Assembly (NCBI GenBank): GCA_964541395.1
Contig: CAZIPM010000003.1
Span: 24,655 to 84,496, forward strand
DNA: 59,842 nucleotides
Reading direction: 5' to 3'
Source: an uncultured Gammaproteobacteria bacterium
GTDB lineage: Bacteria; Patescibacteriota; Microgenomatia; UBA8517
Numbering within the stretch: the first letter of the stretch is position 1; every line of letters begins with the position of its first letter. The translations under genes and the position numbers were made by a program. Below the pieces are notes generated by a model. The model was not told the DNA's origin, searched no databases, and worked only from the letters and a program-made list of their open reading frames with translations. Below are positions 9,335-17,373 of the stretch, in pieces.

Positions 9335-10105
9335 TTACTTTTTTACACATTTTAGATATACTCCAGCCCCAGGAATTTTAGCAAATAGTATCGACTCAAG
9401 GTTGGTAATAACTGTAATTATATTTTTAAAAAGGATAAAAAACGGGTTTTTAATATTTGCTTCCAATCCAGGTTCATAGTTTCCCATCAGTCCTGCATAG
9501 GTATAGGTGCCAACATCAATAATCTGACCCAGAAGGTGTGGACCGAAATCATATTTCTCAACCCTAAAATTTCCTTTTTTATACATTTTAAATAGCTCGT
9601 TTAGTTTGTATTTTTGGATATGTCCTGCAAATTTTTCTTTGTATTTCCACCCCAAAAGTTCAAACCAGAAATGAAGTCCATACCAGACACCTTCTAAGGG
9701 GATGTACGAAGTTAAAACTCCACCTTTTTTTAAGACCCTGGAAATCTCACTGACAGCTTTTTCTGGTTGTTCTAGATGTTCCAGAACATCTTCCACAATT
9801 ACAGCATCAAAAAAATTATTTTTAAACGGCAATTTGTAAATGCTTGCAGCTAAAAACTTAATTTTTTTAAACTGATTTGATCCACTCTTAATTGCCTTTT
9901 TATTTATATCAATCCCAAATAATTCAAGATCTTTTCTGTGAACCCCAACACCACCTATAAATCCTCCCCCTCCGCAACCTACCTCTAAAACCTTTCCCTT
10001 AATGTTCTCTAAGTCACGTAATACATGTTTTAGCCTTAGATATCCCAAATAATTTAAAGACAGTTTTACCAGACTTCCTCCCCAGATATTCTTGTTATAA
10101 TCCAT
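9335..10105 (-). CDS. Class I SAM-dependent methyltransferase
   Basis: 256 aa. Motif I is VLEVGCGGGGF. EDVLEHLEQPEKAVSEISRVLKKGG is paralogous to the 5719..6429 product. Confidence 0.85.
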   Translation of the reverse strand: MDYNKNIWGGSLVKLSLNYLGYLRLKHVLRDLENIKGKVLEVGCGGGGFIGGVGVHRKDLELFGIDINKKAIKSGSNQFKKIKFLAASIYKLPFKNNFFDAVIVEDVLEHLEQPEKAVSEISRVLKKGGVLTSYIPLEGVWYGLHFWFELLGWKYKEKFAGHIQKYKLNELFKMYKKGNFRVEKYDFGPHLLGQIIDVGTYTYAGLMGNYEPGLEANIKNPFFILFKNIITVITNLESILFAKIPGAGVYLKCVKK

Positions 10106-10111
10106 ATTAAT

Positions 10112-10780
10112 ATGTCGAAAATAAATCTATCAGTATTCTACAACAAATATCCATATCCGAATCTGCAAATCAGAAGAGTTGAAGATCTTGAAACTTTAAC
10201 ATTCCAAAATATTCTTTTGGACTATATTCAAAAATACAAACCAAGCGGAAAGATTTTAGAGGTAGGTTGCGGTACTGGTGAAATGTCTTTACTGCTATCC
10301 AATCACGGATACGAAGTTACCGGTTCTGATATATCATTCAAGTCTTTAAAAATAGCACAAAAAACATCTGAAAAATTACATCTAAAAGCACAATTCAAAA
10401 GATTAGATATTTTAAAAACTTCAAATAAGGAGCAGTTGTATAACATAACAATTGCAAATGGTGTACTGCATCATACGAAAAATCCATATTTGGGATTTTC
10501 CAATATGGTTAAGTTAACAAAAAAGGAGGGAATTATAGTTTTGGTTCTTTATACAAAACTTGGGCTAATTCTCAGAAAGATAATAGGTAAACTTATCCCG
10601 TATTCATTGATTAAAATACTACTTCCGAAAACAAATTCTGTCTTAGTGGATGCTTTCTATCATCCTCAGGAAACAGCATATTCGAAAAAAGATATTTTAA
10701 AATGGTTTGGAAAACAAAAAATTAAATATCAAGAATATAAAAACTTCGGCAATGTATTTTTAATGATCGGAAAAAAATAA
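10112..10780 (+). CDS. Class I SAM-dependent methyltransferase
   Basis: 222 aa. Motif I is ILEVGCGTGEMS. Divergent from 9335..10105 with only 6 nt between the two start codons. Confidence 0.85.
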   Translation: MSKINLSVFYNKYPYPNLQIRRVEDLETLTFQNILLDYIQKYKPSGKILEVGCGTGEMSLLLSNHGYEVTGSDISFKSLKIAQKTSEKLHLKAQFKRLDILKTSNKEQLYNITIANGVLHHTKNPYLGFSNMVKLTKKEGIIVLVLYTKLGLILRKIIGKLIPYSLIKILLPKTNSVLVDAFYHPQETAYSKKDILKWFGKQKIKYQEYKNFGNVFLMIGKK

Positions 10781-10801
10781 TTAAATTAAGGATATTAAAA
10801 G

Positions 10802-12535
10802 TTATTTCCTTTTAACTATATAGCTTCCAATCACCAGCTCATCAATTGCTCCCCAAAGAAGATGATCAATAGCATCCTTGGGAGAATGAACAATAGGCAG
10901 ACCATGTCTATTAAAGCTGGTGTTTAGTATTCCCGGAACTCCAGTCAATTTTTCAAATTCATAAATTACCTGCCAATAGAGAGGGTTTACTTTTTTGTTT
11001 ACTGTCTGAGGTCTTCCCGTTCCGTCAACATGAATACCTGCTACCAAGTTCTTTTTGCCGTAAGGGGTGGCATCATAGGCCATGGTCATAAATGGTGAAG
11101 CATCAATACTTTTAAATAGTTTTCCTGCTTTTTCTTCCATAATAGAGGCTGCAAAAGGCATAAACCACTCTCTTTTTTTAAGATAATTATTAATTCTTTC
11201 CTTTATTTCTTCGCGTCTTGGATCAGCGAGTACACTTCTGGATCCCAATGCTCTCGGCCCCCATTCTTCTCTACCTTCAAACCAACCCACTACAATTCCT
11301 TTTTCAATCTTTTTTGCAACTTGTTGAGCTAAATTTGTCGGTTTTTCGAAAATTATTCCTTTAGTTTTTTTAAGCTCTAAAAGGATTTCAGCATCTTTGA
11401 ATGCCCTCCCCCAATAAGCATCATCCATTTTAAAAGCAGGAACTTTACCCACCTTTTCTTTGTATGCCAAAAGTGCAGCTCCTAATGCCAGTCCTCCGTC
11501 ACCTGCATGGGGATGGACAAATAAACCTGTCGTGGTGGAGAGTTCTTTAATTCTTTTCCCCATTTTAACGTTGAGAAAAACTCCTCCTGCTAGTGCATAA
11601 TCTGAATATCCATATTTTTTAAATAAGTATTTAAAATATTTAACCGACTCATCTTCTATAATTTTCTGGCAAGCTGCTGCTACGTCTTGATTGGAGATTC
11701 TAATTAGTTTTGCAATCTGATTGAAAAATTCTGTAGCCTCAAAAACTTTTTTGTATTTCAGATCAACAGCAGGCAGTTGGTCAGGCCAGAATTCACTTGC
11801 TATCCACTTGGTTCCATTAAAATGTGGTGCCAGTTTTTTGATTTTATTTAAAAACCTGTTGGGATTACCATACACCGCCAGTCCCATTGTCTTTCCCTCA
11901 CCTTCTGCGGGGGTAAAACCTAAAGCGTTAGTCACTGCTTCATAGAATAAGCCAATTGAAGCATTTATAGGGTGGACACCTACTTCTTTAATTTCCCCAT
12001 TTTTACATTCAAAAACCGCACCTGAAGCGAGTGTTCCATCAGATCTGGTTCCAAACCCGTCCCAGATTACTGTCAGGCATTTGTCAAAGCCGGATGTGTA
12101 GTAAGCACTGGCAGCATGAGCCAAATAGTGGTCGTAAACAATTCTTTTTTCCAAAGGTAAACTGGTTTCTACTTTTTTTATATTTATTTCTATTAATAAT
12201 TTTACTAGAGCAGCAAAACCAGATAAGTTGGCATTTTTTATGAAGTTTAAGCCGGATTGCAGACTATTTTTATTTAAAAATTGTAAAGCTAGTTTTGTGG
12301 CGGACAATTTCGGCCAACCCGAAGCAAAATAACTAACGTCTGATTTTTTAATGCCGGCAATGTCTAAAGCGTCTTTTAATGTATTTTTAGGGAAAGAAGG
12401 ATCATGTTTTATCCTGGTATATCTTTCTTCAGAAGAAGCAAAGACAACTTTACCGCCTTTAAGAAGAACCACAGAATTATCGTGGAAACCGTTCCCCTCA
12501 CCGGAAATGCCGACTATATAGTTATAAGTCTTCAT
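10802..12535 (-). CDS. Carbamoyltransferase, NodU/CmcH family
   Basis: 577 aa. The N-terminus GISGEGNGFHDNSVVLLKGGKVVFASSEERYTRIKHD is typical of Carbam_trans_N. The C-terminal part has LGSRSVLADPR and ILNTSFNRHGLPIV. Confidence 0.85.
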   Translation of the reverse strand: MKTYNYIVGISGEGNGFHDNSVVLLKGGKVVFASSEERYTRIKHDPSFPKNTLKDALDIAGIKKSDVSYFASGWPKLSATKLALQFLNKNSLQSGLNFIKNANLSGFAALVKLLIEINIKKVETSLPLEKRIVYDHYLAHAASAYYTSGFDKCLTVIWDGFGTRSDGTLASGAVFECKNGEIKEVGVHPINASIGLFYEAVTNALGFTPAEGEGKTMGLAVYGNPNRFLNKIKKLAPHFNGTKWIASEFWPDQLPAVDLKYKKVFEATEFFNQIAKLIRISNQDVAAACQKIIEDESVKYFKYLFKKYGYSDYALAGGVFLNVKMGKRIKELSTTTGLFVHPHAGDGGLALGAALLAYKEKVGKVPAFKMDDAYWGRAFKDAEILLELKKTKGIIFEKPTNLAQQVAKKIEKGIVVGWFEGREEWGPRALGSRSVLADPRREEIKERINNYLKKREWFMPFAASIMEEKAGKLFKSIDASPFMTMAYDATPYGKKNLVAGIHVDGTGRPQTVNKKVNPLYWQVIYEFEKLTGVPGILNTSFNRHGLPIVHSPKDAIDHLLWGAIDELVIGSYIVKRK

Positions 12536-14213
12536 TTTCCAAAACTATTCTTTCCGGGAAGACTCGGTAAACCTTCATGGCTGTATTGGGAATGTCTTTA
12601 ACAAACTCAAAGTATTCAGGCTCTTTTTCAAAAAGTTTCATATAGCGATCGGTTGCAGTATACATAAGGATCAGCTGAATGTCATCCTTTTTTAACCAAG
12701 ATAACACCAATTCTCTGTTGTCTCCCCAATTGGCATATGGATCTTTGTCCTCCATATAAAAATAGGGGTCATACATTTGCCCTAAAATGTTTCGGCCTTT
12801 AATCCCGTTAAAGTTAACCAAAGCATAGGTAATATTTGGATCACCATCTGGGATAAGTAATGTACCGTCTTTGTATACTTCACCAACCTCACGGGCAGTT
12901 GATTTGGTTCTTTCCCAATAAGGTCTGGTTGAATTGTATTTGTCCATAATCGGGGACCAGAATCCTACTTGTGTTGCTAAAACTATTAAACCTACGGGTA
13001 TAAATAAAAAGAGTTTTAAGAAGATATTATTAAACAACTTTGCGTGTTTTGGTACGTAATAAAAAAGGACAATTGAAATCAGAAAGCCCAAGAAAATATA
13101 TGGGAATTCAAAAAATCTGATAAACCAAAACCATGGTTGAAAACCTGTCAGATAGTGAGTTAATCCCAACATTCCAGACATAAAAATCATATAAAGGAAA
13201 ATAAATAGGGTAAAAACGGATGAAGGTCCTTTGCTTCTCCACCATATAAGAAGAAATAAAACAACCGATACCCCAAACCAGGCAACAAGATAAGGCTTGA
13301 TCATTAACTGGTAAGGGGTGTAGATGATTTCTGTTGCCCAAGCGCCTCTAGCGTTGGCTAGGTAGTTCCACCAAACAGGATAGATGGCATTACCAGTATA
13401 GTCCAATAGGTATTTCAGGTAAAAAAGCATTGGTATAACCCAACCTAAAACAACCTGAGTAAATTGACCAGACTTTTTCAATGCTCTTCTTGAAATAATT
13501 AAAAGGGAAAATCCAAAAATCCAGGCTTCTGCTCTGACCATGGCAGACAATGCCCAGATTATTCCGGCCAAGAACGGATAGCTTTCCAAAACGACAATTC
13601 CCACAAGTAACATTGCAACTGCTATTTGTTCCAAGAGTCCAAAAGTATCATCCAGAATTGCAACCGGAAAAGTAGCAGCCAGAAGAGCTGCCACAGCACC
13701 TGACAATCTGTTCCAGTATTTTTTTCCCAGAAGATAAAAACAGGCAATTGTGACTGATCCGAAAACTGCACTTAAAATTCTGGCTCCAACCACACTGGCA
13801 CTTCCCTGTATGGCAAATACGATCATTAGTAAAATTGGGTGCAGTGGTCCCCAGAAATATTCCATACCCTTAAGATCCCACAACCTCAAGAAACCCTGAC
13901 CAAGACCAATTTCGCGGGTTAAATAAGCTATTTGCCAGTGATGGAAAGTATCTCCTGCCCAACCGTCTCCAGGATTTTGAGGATCTGTTATTTTATAAAT
14001 GAAAACAAGTCTAATTATTAGTGCAATTAAGAAAATTATTCCAGCTATTATGTAGTCCCTTTTTTCAAAGAAACCTTTTTTTTCTGATTCTTTTTCCTTT
14101 TCCGGTGTAACCACCTTTGCGTCATCACCATACTCATCTTCATCGTGGAGCATTTTATCAAACACATTTCCAAGCATAGTATTTATATTACCATTTTTGA
14201 AAAACTTTCCCAA
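12522..14213 (-). CDS. Polytopic membrane protein, GT-C-like (ArnT/PMT-like) putative glycosyltransferase
   Basis: 563 aa. The track start at 14213 is TTG; the first in-frame ATG is at 14177. It has an acidic/lysine-rich N-terminal tail, then at least 10 hydrophobic segments, then a soluble C-terminal domain. Confidence 0.7.
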   Translation of the reverse strand: MGKFFKNGNINTMLGNVFDKMLHDEDEYGDDAKVVTPEKEKESEKKGFFEKRDYIIAGIIFLIALIIRLVFIYKITDPQNPGDGWAGDTFHHWQIAYLTREIGLGQGFLRLWDLKGMEYFWGPLHPILLMIVFAIQGSASVVGARILSAVFGSVTIACFYLLGKKYWNRLSGAVAALLAATFPVAILDDTFGLLEQIAVAMLLVGIVVLESYPFLAGIIWALSAMVRAEAWIFGFSLLIISRRALKKSGQFTQVVLGWVIPMLFYLKYLLDYTGNAIYPVWWNYLANARGAWATEIIYTPYQLMIKPYLVAWFGVSVVLFLLIWWRSKGPSSVFTLFIFLYMIFMSGMLGLTHYLTGFQPWFWFIRFFEFPYIFLGFLISIVLFYYVPKHAKLFNNIFLKLFLFIPVGLIVLATQVGFWSPIMDKYNSTRPYWERTKSTAREVGEVYKDGTLLIPDGDPNITYALVNFNGIKGRNILGQMYDPYFYMEDKDPYANWGDNRELVLSWLKKDDIQLILMYTATDRYMKLFEKEPEYFEFVKDIPNTAMKVYRVFPERIVLENEDL

Positions 14214-14224
14214 GATAAAAAATT
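14192..14224. repeat. 33-bp direct repeat, copy 1 (5' end and upstream of 12522..14213)
   Basis: CATTTTTGAAAAACTTTCCCAAGATAAAAAATT is identical to 14642-14674, exactly 450 bp away. Confidence 0.9.
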
Positions 14225-14254
14225 AGATCTAAATCAACAACTAATTTTTAGAAG

Positions 14255-14644
14255 TTATTTTTGACGTTCTCGTAATAAAACTGTTGTGTTGGAGTTTTCA
14301 GGTCCTCGATTTTTGTTGTTTGTCATTCCGTTATCAATTCCTTCAATTTTTATAACAGACGGGTAGAGAGAAGCTTTAGTCGTCCAAAATGTGGCCATTT
14401 GCTTGGTATCACCTCCAGTAAGCACAAGGCCTCTTGAACCATCTGGAATAATACCTCCGGAAGGAAATTCTGAACCCGGATCTAAGATATCCAAACTTAG
14501 ACCAGCTTTTTCGGCTGCCTTTCGATAAGCATCTAGCTCTCCCCAATTATAAACATTTCCTAATAAAATCCGACCACTATCTGCCATTTGCCGATGTAAT
14601 ACCACTCCTGCCTTGCAAAAGTCAAATTTTGGCAAGACTATCAT
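14255..14644 (-). CDS. Hypothetical protein
   Basis: The track ORF starts at TTG (14716). The first ATG at 14644 gives MIVLPKFDFCKAGVVLHRQMADSG... No recognisable motif. Its start region is one copy of a 33-bp direct repeat. Confidence 0.45.
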   Translation of the reverse strand: MIVLPKFDFCKAGVVLHRQMADSGRILLGNVYNWGELDAYRKAAEKAGLSLDILDPGSEFPSGGIIPDGSRGLVLTGGDTKQMATFWTTKASLYPSVIKIEGIDNGMTNNKNRGPENSNTTVLLRERQK

Positions 14645-14674
14645 TTTTGAAAAACTTTCCCAAGATAAAAAATT
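14642..14674. repeat. 33-bp direct repeat, copy 2 (start codon plus 30 nt upstream of 14255..14644)
   Basis: Identical to 14192-14224. On the minus strand it reads AATTTTTTATCTTGGGAAAGTTTTTCAAAAATG. Confidence 0.9.
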
Positions 14675-14701
14675 GAAAATTAATGTATTTAGCAGTAAAA
14701 T
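14673..14701 (+). promoter_or_regulatory. Sigma70-like promoter giving a leaderless mRNA for 14709..14960
   Basis: TTGAAA (14673-14678), 17 nt, TAAAAT (14696-14701), 7 nt, ATG (14709). Confidence 0.5.
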
Positions 14702-14708
14702 CCTGGCA

Positions 14709-14960
14709 ATGGCCAAAACAATTTATTCATGTATCCAAGGAGAGGAAGCCAATGAATGGAAAGAGTATCGTATTGATTTAGTAACTGCTGATTTGGCTGA
14801 AGTAAAGAAACATCAAACCGAAGTTATCGGAGGTGCCGGTTTAGATCGCGACCACCGATTAGTAGTAACACGGTGTGAAGACAATCCAGATTCACGGGAC
14901 GTCAAGATGATGGATTTAAGAGCAGCTGTAATTGAAGTAGAAAATAATATAGTCAGATAG
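14709..14960 (+). CDS. Hypothetical small protein (83 aa)
   Basis: The internal ATG at 14709 (MAKTIYSCIQGEE...) is preceded by TTGAAA-17-TAAAAT-7 nt. No recognisable motif. Confidence 0.45.
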   Translation: MAKTIYSCIQGEEANEWKEYRIDLVTADLAEVKKHQTEVIGGAGLDRDHRLVVTRCEDNPDSRDVKMMDLRAAVIEVENNIVR

Positions 14961-15065
14961 GTTACTAATTACGGGCCTGAATCAGGAAACGCAAGGGAAT
15001 TAAAAGCTTAAACATATTTCTCTAATCATGTTGAAAAACAATCTTTTTAATGTTACTTGATTGAT

Positions 15066-15094
15066 TTGACTATTAAACAAGAAGGTTGTATATT
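15066..15094 (+). promoter_or_regulatory. Sigma70-like promoter giving a leaderless mRNA for 15101..16153
   Basis: TTGACT (15066-15071), 17 nt, TATATT (15089-15094), 6 nt, ATG (15101). Confidence 0.55.
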
Positions 15095-15100
15095 CTGCGC

Positions 15101-16153
15101 ATGACTCCAGACACAAAACCTAGCTCTCCTAATCCAACAACTTTAACAAGTTTAGACAAGTTACTTTCACAAGAAGCGGAGCAAAAAATACATCCTCCTC
15201 TATATCGAATATTAACCGGCGAGTTTAAATCAAGAGTCGATGCGGTTAGGGTAACAGTTGTTGACACTAAAAGAGTTTTATCTCAAGAAGCAACTGAATT
15301 TATAGAAAATGAATGGGCAAAAATATCTGAAAGTGTGAAATATCCAAACGACGTTCGCCCATCAAGAGTCCGTCTTGAAGATTATGACTTGACTCCTGAT
15401 GGAATTACTTTATCCACCTCTATTACCATCCCCTACAGTCATTCATTGGTAATTCGAAACAGCTCACCCGAATTTTTGAAAAATTTTGGATCTGTTGCAC
15501 TGGCTCGCGATTTGGCTGTCACAGGAATCTCAACTCTTGAAGGTGGAATGCTTATTGGCTTAACACACCGTTTAAAAACAGATTATAAAAATAAGGGTTG
15601 GGGTGCGACTGTCGGTGGTTTTGTTGTCGGAAAATTAGATGATAATGGAATATTGCAATTAGGACAAAAACATATAGGCCAGGATGGTCTACCCAACCCA
15701 TTAACTGCCTTATTTGGTGAAACACTTGGAGAATTTGGATCACAACCAAATGAAATCAACAAACTTGGTTTTATTGGTATTACTACAGCACCATTCCAAG
15801 GTGAACATCCAAATTTAATCTACAGTTGGAATACGAATTTAAATAGAAAACAACTAGCAGAAAGGAAAATCAGTAAAGAAGTCAAAAGAATAGCCATTCC
15901 AAACAAAGCGGATGCGGTTTTAACTTTTGTAGACAGATTTGCCCACGCCGGAGTCTCGGCTTCGGTTGCAGCTTTAAGGCAATTTGGAGCAATTAGTTGG
16001 GGTCAATCATGGAGATCAAGGTTAGACCTAATTATTGAGACTAAAAACCGTGAATATACCGATAAAAAAGCTTATAATCAGGCAGAACTAAGAGACATTA
16101 AATCATTTCAAGAAGAGTTAGTCAAACAGACTCTTGTTGTACCTATCGATTAA
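15101..16153 (+). CDS. Hypothetical protein (350 aa)
   Basis: The track start at 15086 is TTG. The ATG at 15101 (MTPDTKPSSPNP...) lies 6 nt after a TATATT box with TTGACT 17 nt upstream. No family recognised. Confidence 0.6.
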   Translation: MTPDTKPSSPNPTTLTSLDKLLSQEAEQKIHPPLYRILTGEFKSRVDAVRVTVVDTKRVLSQEATEFIENEWAKISESVKYPNDVRPSRVRLEDYDLTPDGITLSTSITIPYSHSLVIRNSSPEFLKNFGSVALARDLAVTGISTLEGGMLIGLTHRLKTDYKNKGWGATVGGFVVGKLDDNGILQLGQKHIGQDGLPNPLTALFGETLGEFGSQPNEINKLGFIGITTAPFQGEHPNLIYSWNTNLNRKQLAERKISKEVKRIAIPNKADAVLTFVDRFAHAGVSASVAALRQFGAISWGQSWRSRLDLIIETKNREYTDKKAYNQAELRDIKSFQEELVKQTLVVPID

Positions 16154-16243
16154 TTGTTACAACGCTATTCGGGAAAGAGGAAGAACCATATTTATGCACC
16201 ACATCAGTAGCCTCATTTTTCGTGGAATTAAGTAACATCATGA

Positions 16244-16855
16244 TTATTTTTGCAGACTAATATTTATTAGTGATTTTTCAATTTCAGTATCAGAAACTTC
16301 AAGGCCTTTGATATAAATTATTTCTTCTGTTCGATCAATATCATTAAAATATGATAATTGTTCTCTGAACAGTTTTTCATTAAATTCACCTAAAAATAAT
16401 TGCTTAGCCTTATCAACGATATCTTTGAGATTTAGCTTTTTGAAAATAAAATACAAATCAACATAATCCTTCCACTTTGCTCTTTTACCCAACGCGAAAG
16501 CCTTCATTGCCCCCAAAATTGATAAATCAGGTATGTTAATTACATCCAAAAATGGCAAACTAAAATTAATATTAAATGGATATTTATAAAATGTCATTTT
16601 TACGCTATCAACAAATATCGTTAACTCATTTGGATTTTCAACCAAAACCTCTTGAATTAAATACTCTTTCCTTATAATCCCTCTTATTTTATCTGTATCA
16701 AAATCGACCGTTGTAAAAAGATCAAAATCAATCGATCTTCTATGGCCTAAATGTAGAGCTATAGCAGTACCACCAACTAACCCAAATTGGGGACTAAATT
16801 TACTAAGTAAAGTTAATAGCTTTTTTTGTTTTTCTTCTAAAATTTCCTCATGCAT
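16244..16855 (-). CDS. Nucleotidyltransferase, AbiEii/AbiGii-toxin-like (DUF1814-like)
   Basis: 203 aa. The N-terminal FGLVGGTAIALHLGHRRSIDFDLFT is the characteristic NTase motif of this family. It overlaps the upstream small gene by 8 nt. Confidence 0.65.
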   Translation of the reverse strand: MHEEILEEKQKKLLTLLSKFSPQFGLVGGTAIALHLGHRRSIDFDLFTTVDFDTDKIRGIIRKEYLIQEVLVENPNELTIFVDSVKMTFYKYPFNINFSLPFLDVINIPDLSILGAMKAFALGKRAKWKDYVDLYFIFKKLNLKDIVDKAKQLFLGEFNEKLFREQLSYFNDIDRTEEIIYIKGLEVSDTEIEKSLINISLQK

Positions 16856-17105
16856 ATGTTTTAAAATAGTTTGAAAAATAATTAATTGTTTGAGGTCTAA
16901 GATTGACTCTTTTCTGATTTTTTAGGTGACTAAAAATACTCTTCACTTCTTTTATTCCAAGAGCGTTTTCTATAAAAAGATAATCATTCCAATTACCATA
17001 ATTCAGTACACCTTCCAAGATACTTTCTTTAGATAATCCATCGTAATTTTTGGTATACCACAGAATATATGGTTTATTCTTAATGAATTCTCTAATATCA
17101 TCCAT
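16848..17105 (-). CDS. Small partner protein of the AbiEii-like gene (putative antitoxin or regulator)
   Basis: 85 aa. Translationally overlapped with the NTase gene and preceded by a triple palindromic repeat array. Confidence 0.55.
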   Translation of the reverse strand: MDDIREFIKNKPYILWYTKNYDGLSKESILEGVLNYGNWNDYLFIENALGIKEVKSIFSHLKNQKRVNLRPQTINYFSNYFKTYA

Positions 17106-17118
17106 ATCTACTTAGATA

Positions 17119-17193
17119 ATAACACTTCGGTGTTGAAATTCATAACACTTCAGTGTTGAAATTCATAACACTTCAGTGTTGAAATTCATAACA
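17119..17193. repeat. Three tandem 23-bp units (ATAACACTTC[G/A]GTGTTGAAATTC) plus a partial fourth; each unit holds the palindrome AACACTnnAGTGTT
   Basis: Read directly. Units lie at 17119-17141, 17142-17164 and 17165-17187, with a partial ATAACA at 17188-17193. The array begins 14 nt upstream of the ATG at 17105. Confidence 0.9.
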
Positions 17194-17373
17194 AAAACTG
17201 ACTCTTTTTCCTATCATATGTATAAATGCAGATTTATAAACTTCGTTCAAAGAAGAGGTTTAAAAGGTTAAAATTAAATTATATAAGAATATTCGCGATC
17301 ATCTCTTGGTTTAGATGCGGGGATGTACAACTTTCCCTATTATATCTCTTAACTTTTTTTTCTTTAACCAATT

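Noticed and set aside
15073-15267. 64-aa minus-strand ORF overlapping the start of 15101-16153.
   Set aside because: It is antisense to a longer ORF that has a strong promoter and start context. It has no signals of its own.
17119-17193. Tandem repeats considered as a mini CRISPR array.
   Set aside because: The units are contiguous with no spacers. They are only 23 bp long and internally palindromic, and they sit in a promoter region. No cas genes are present in the window.
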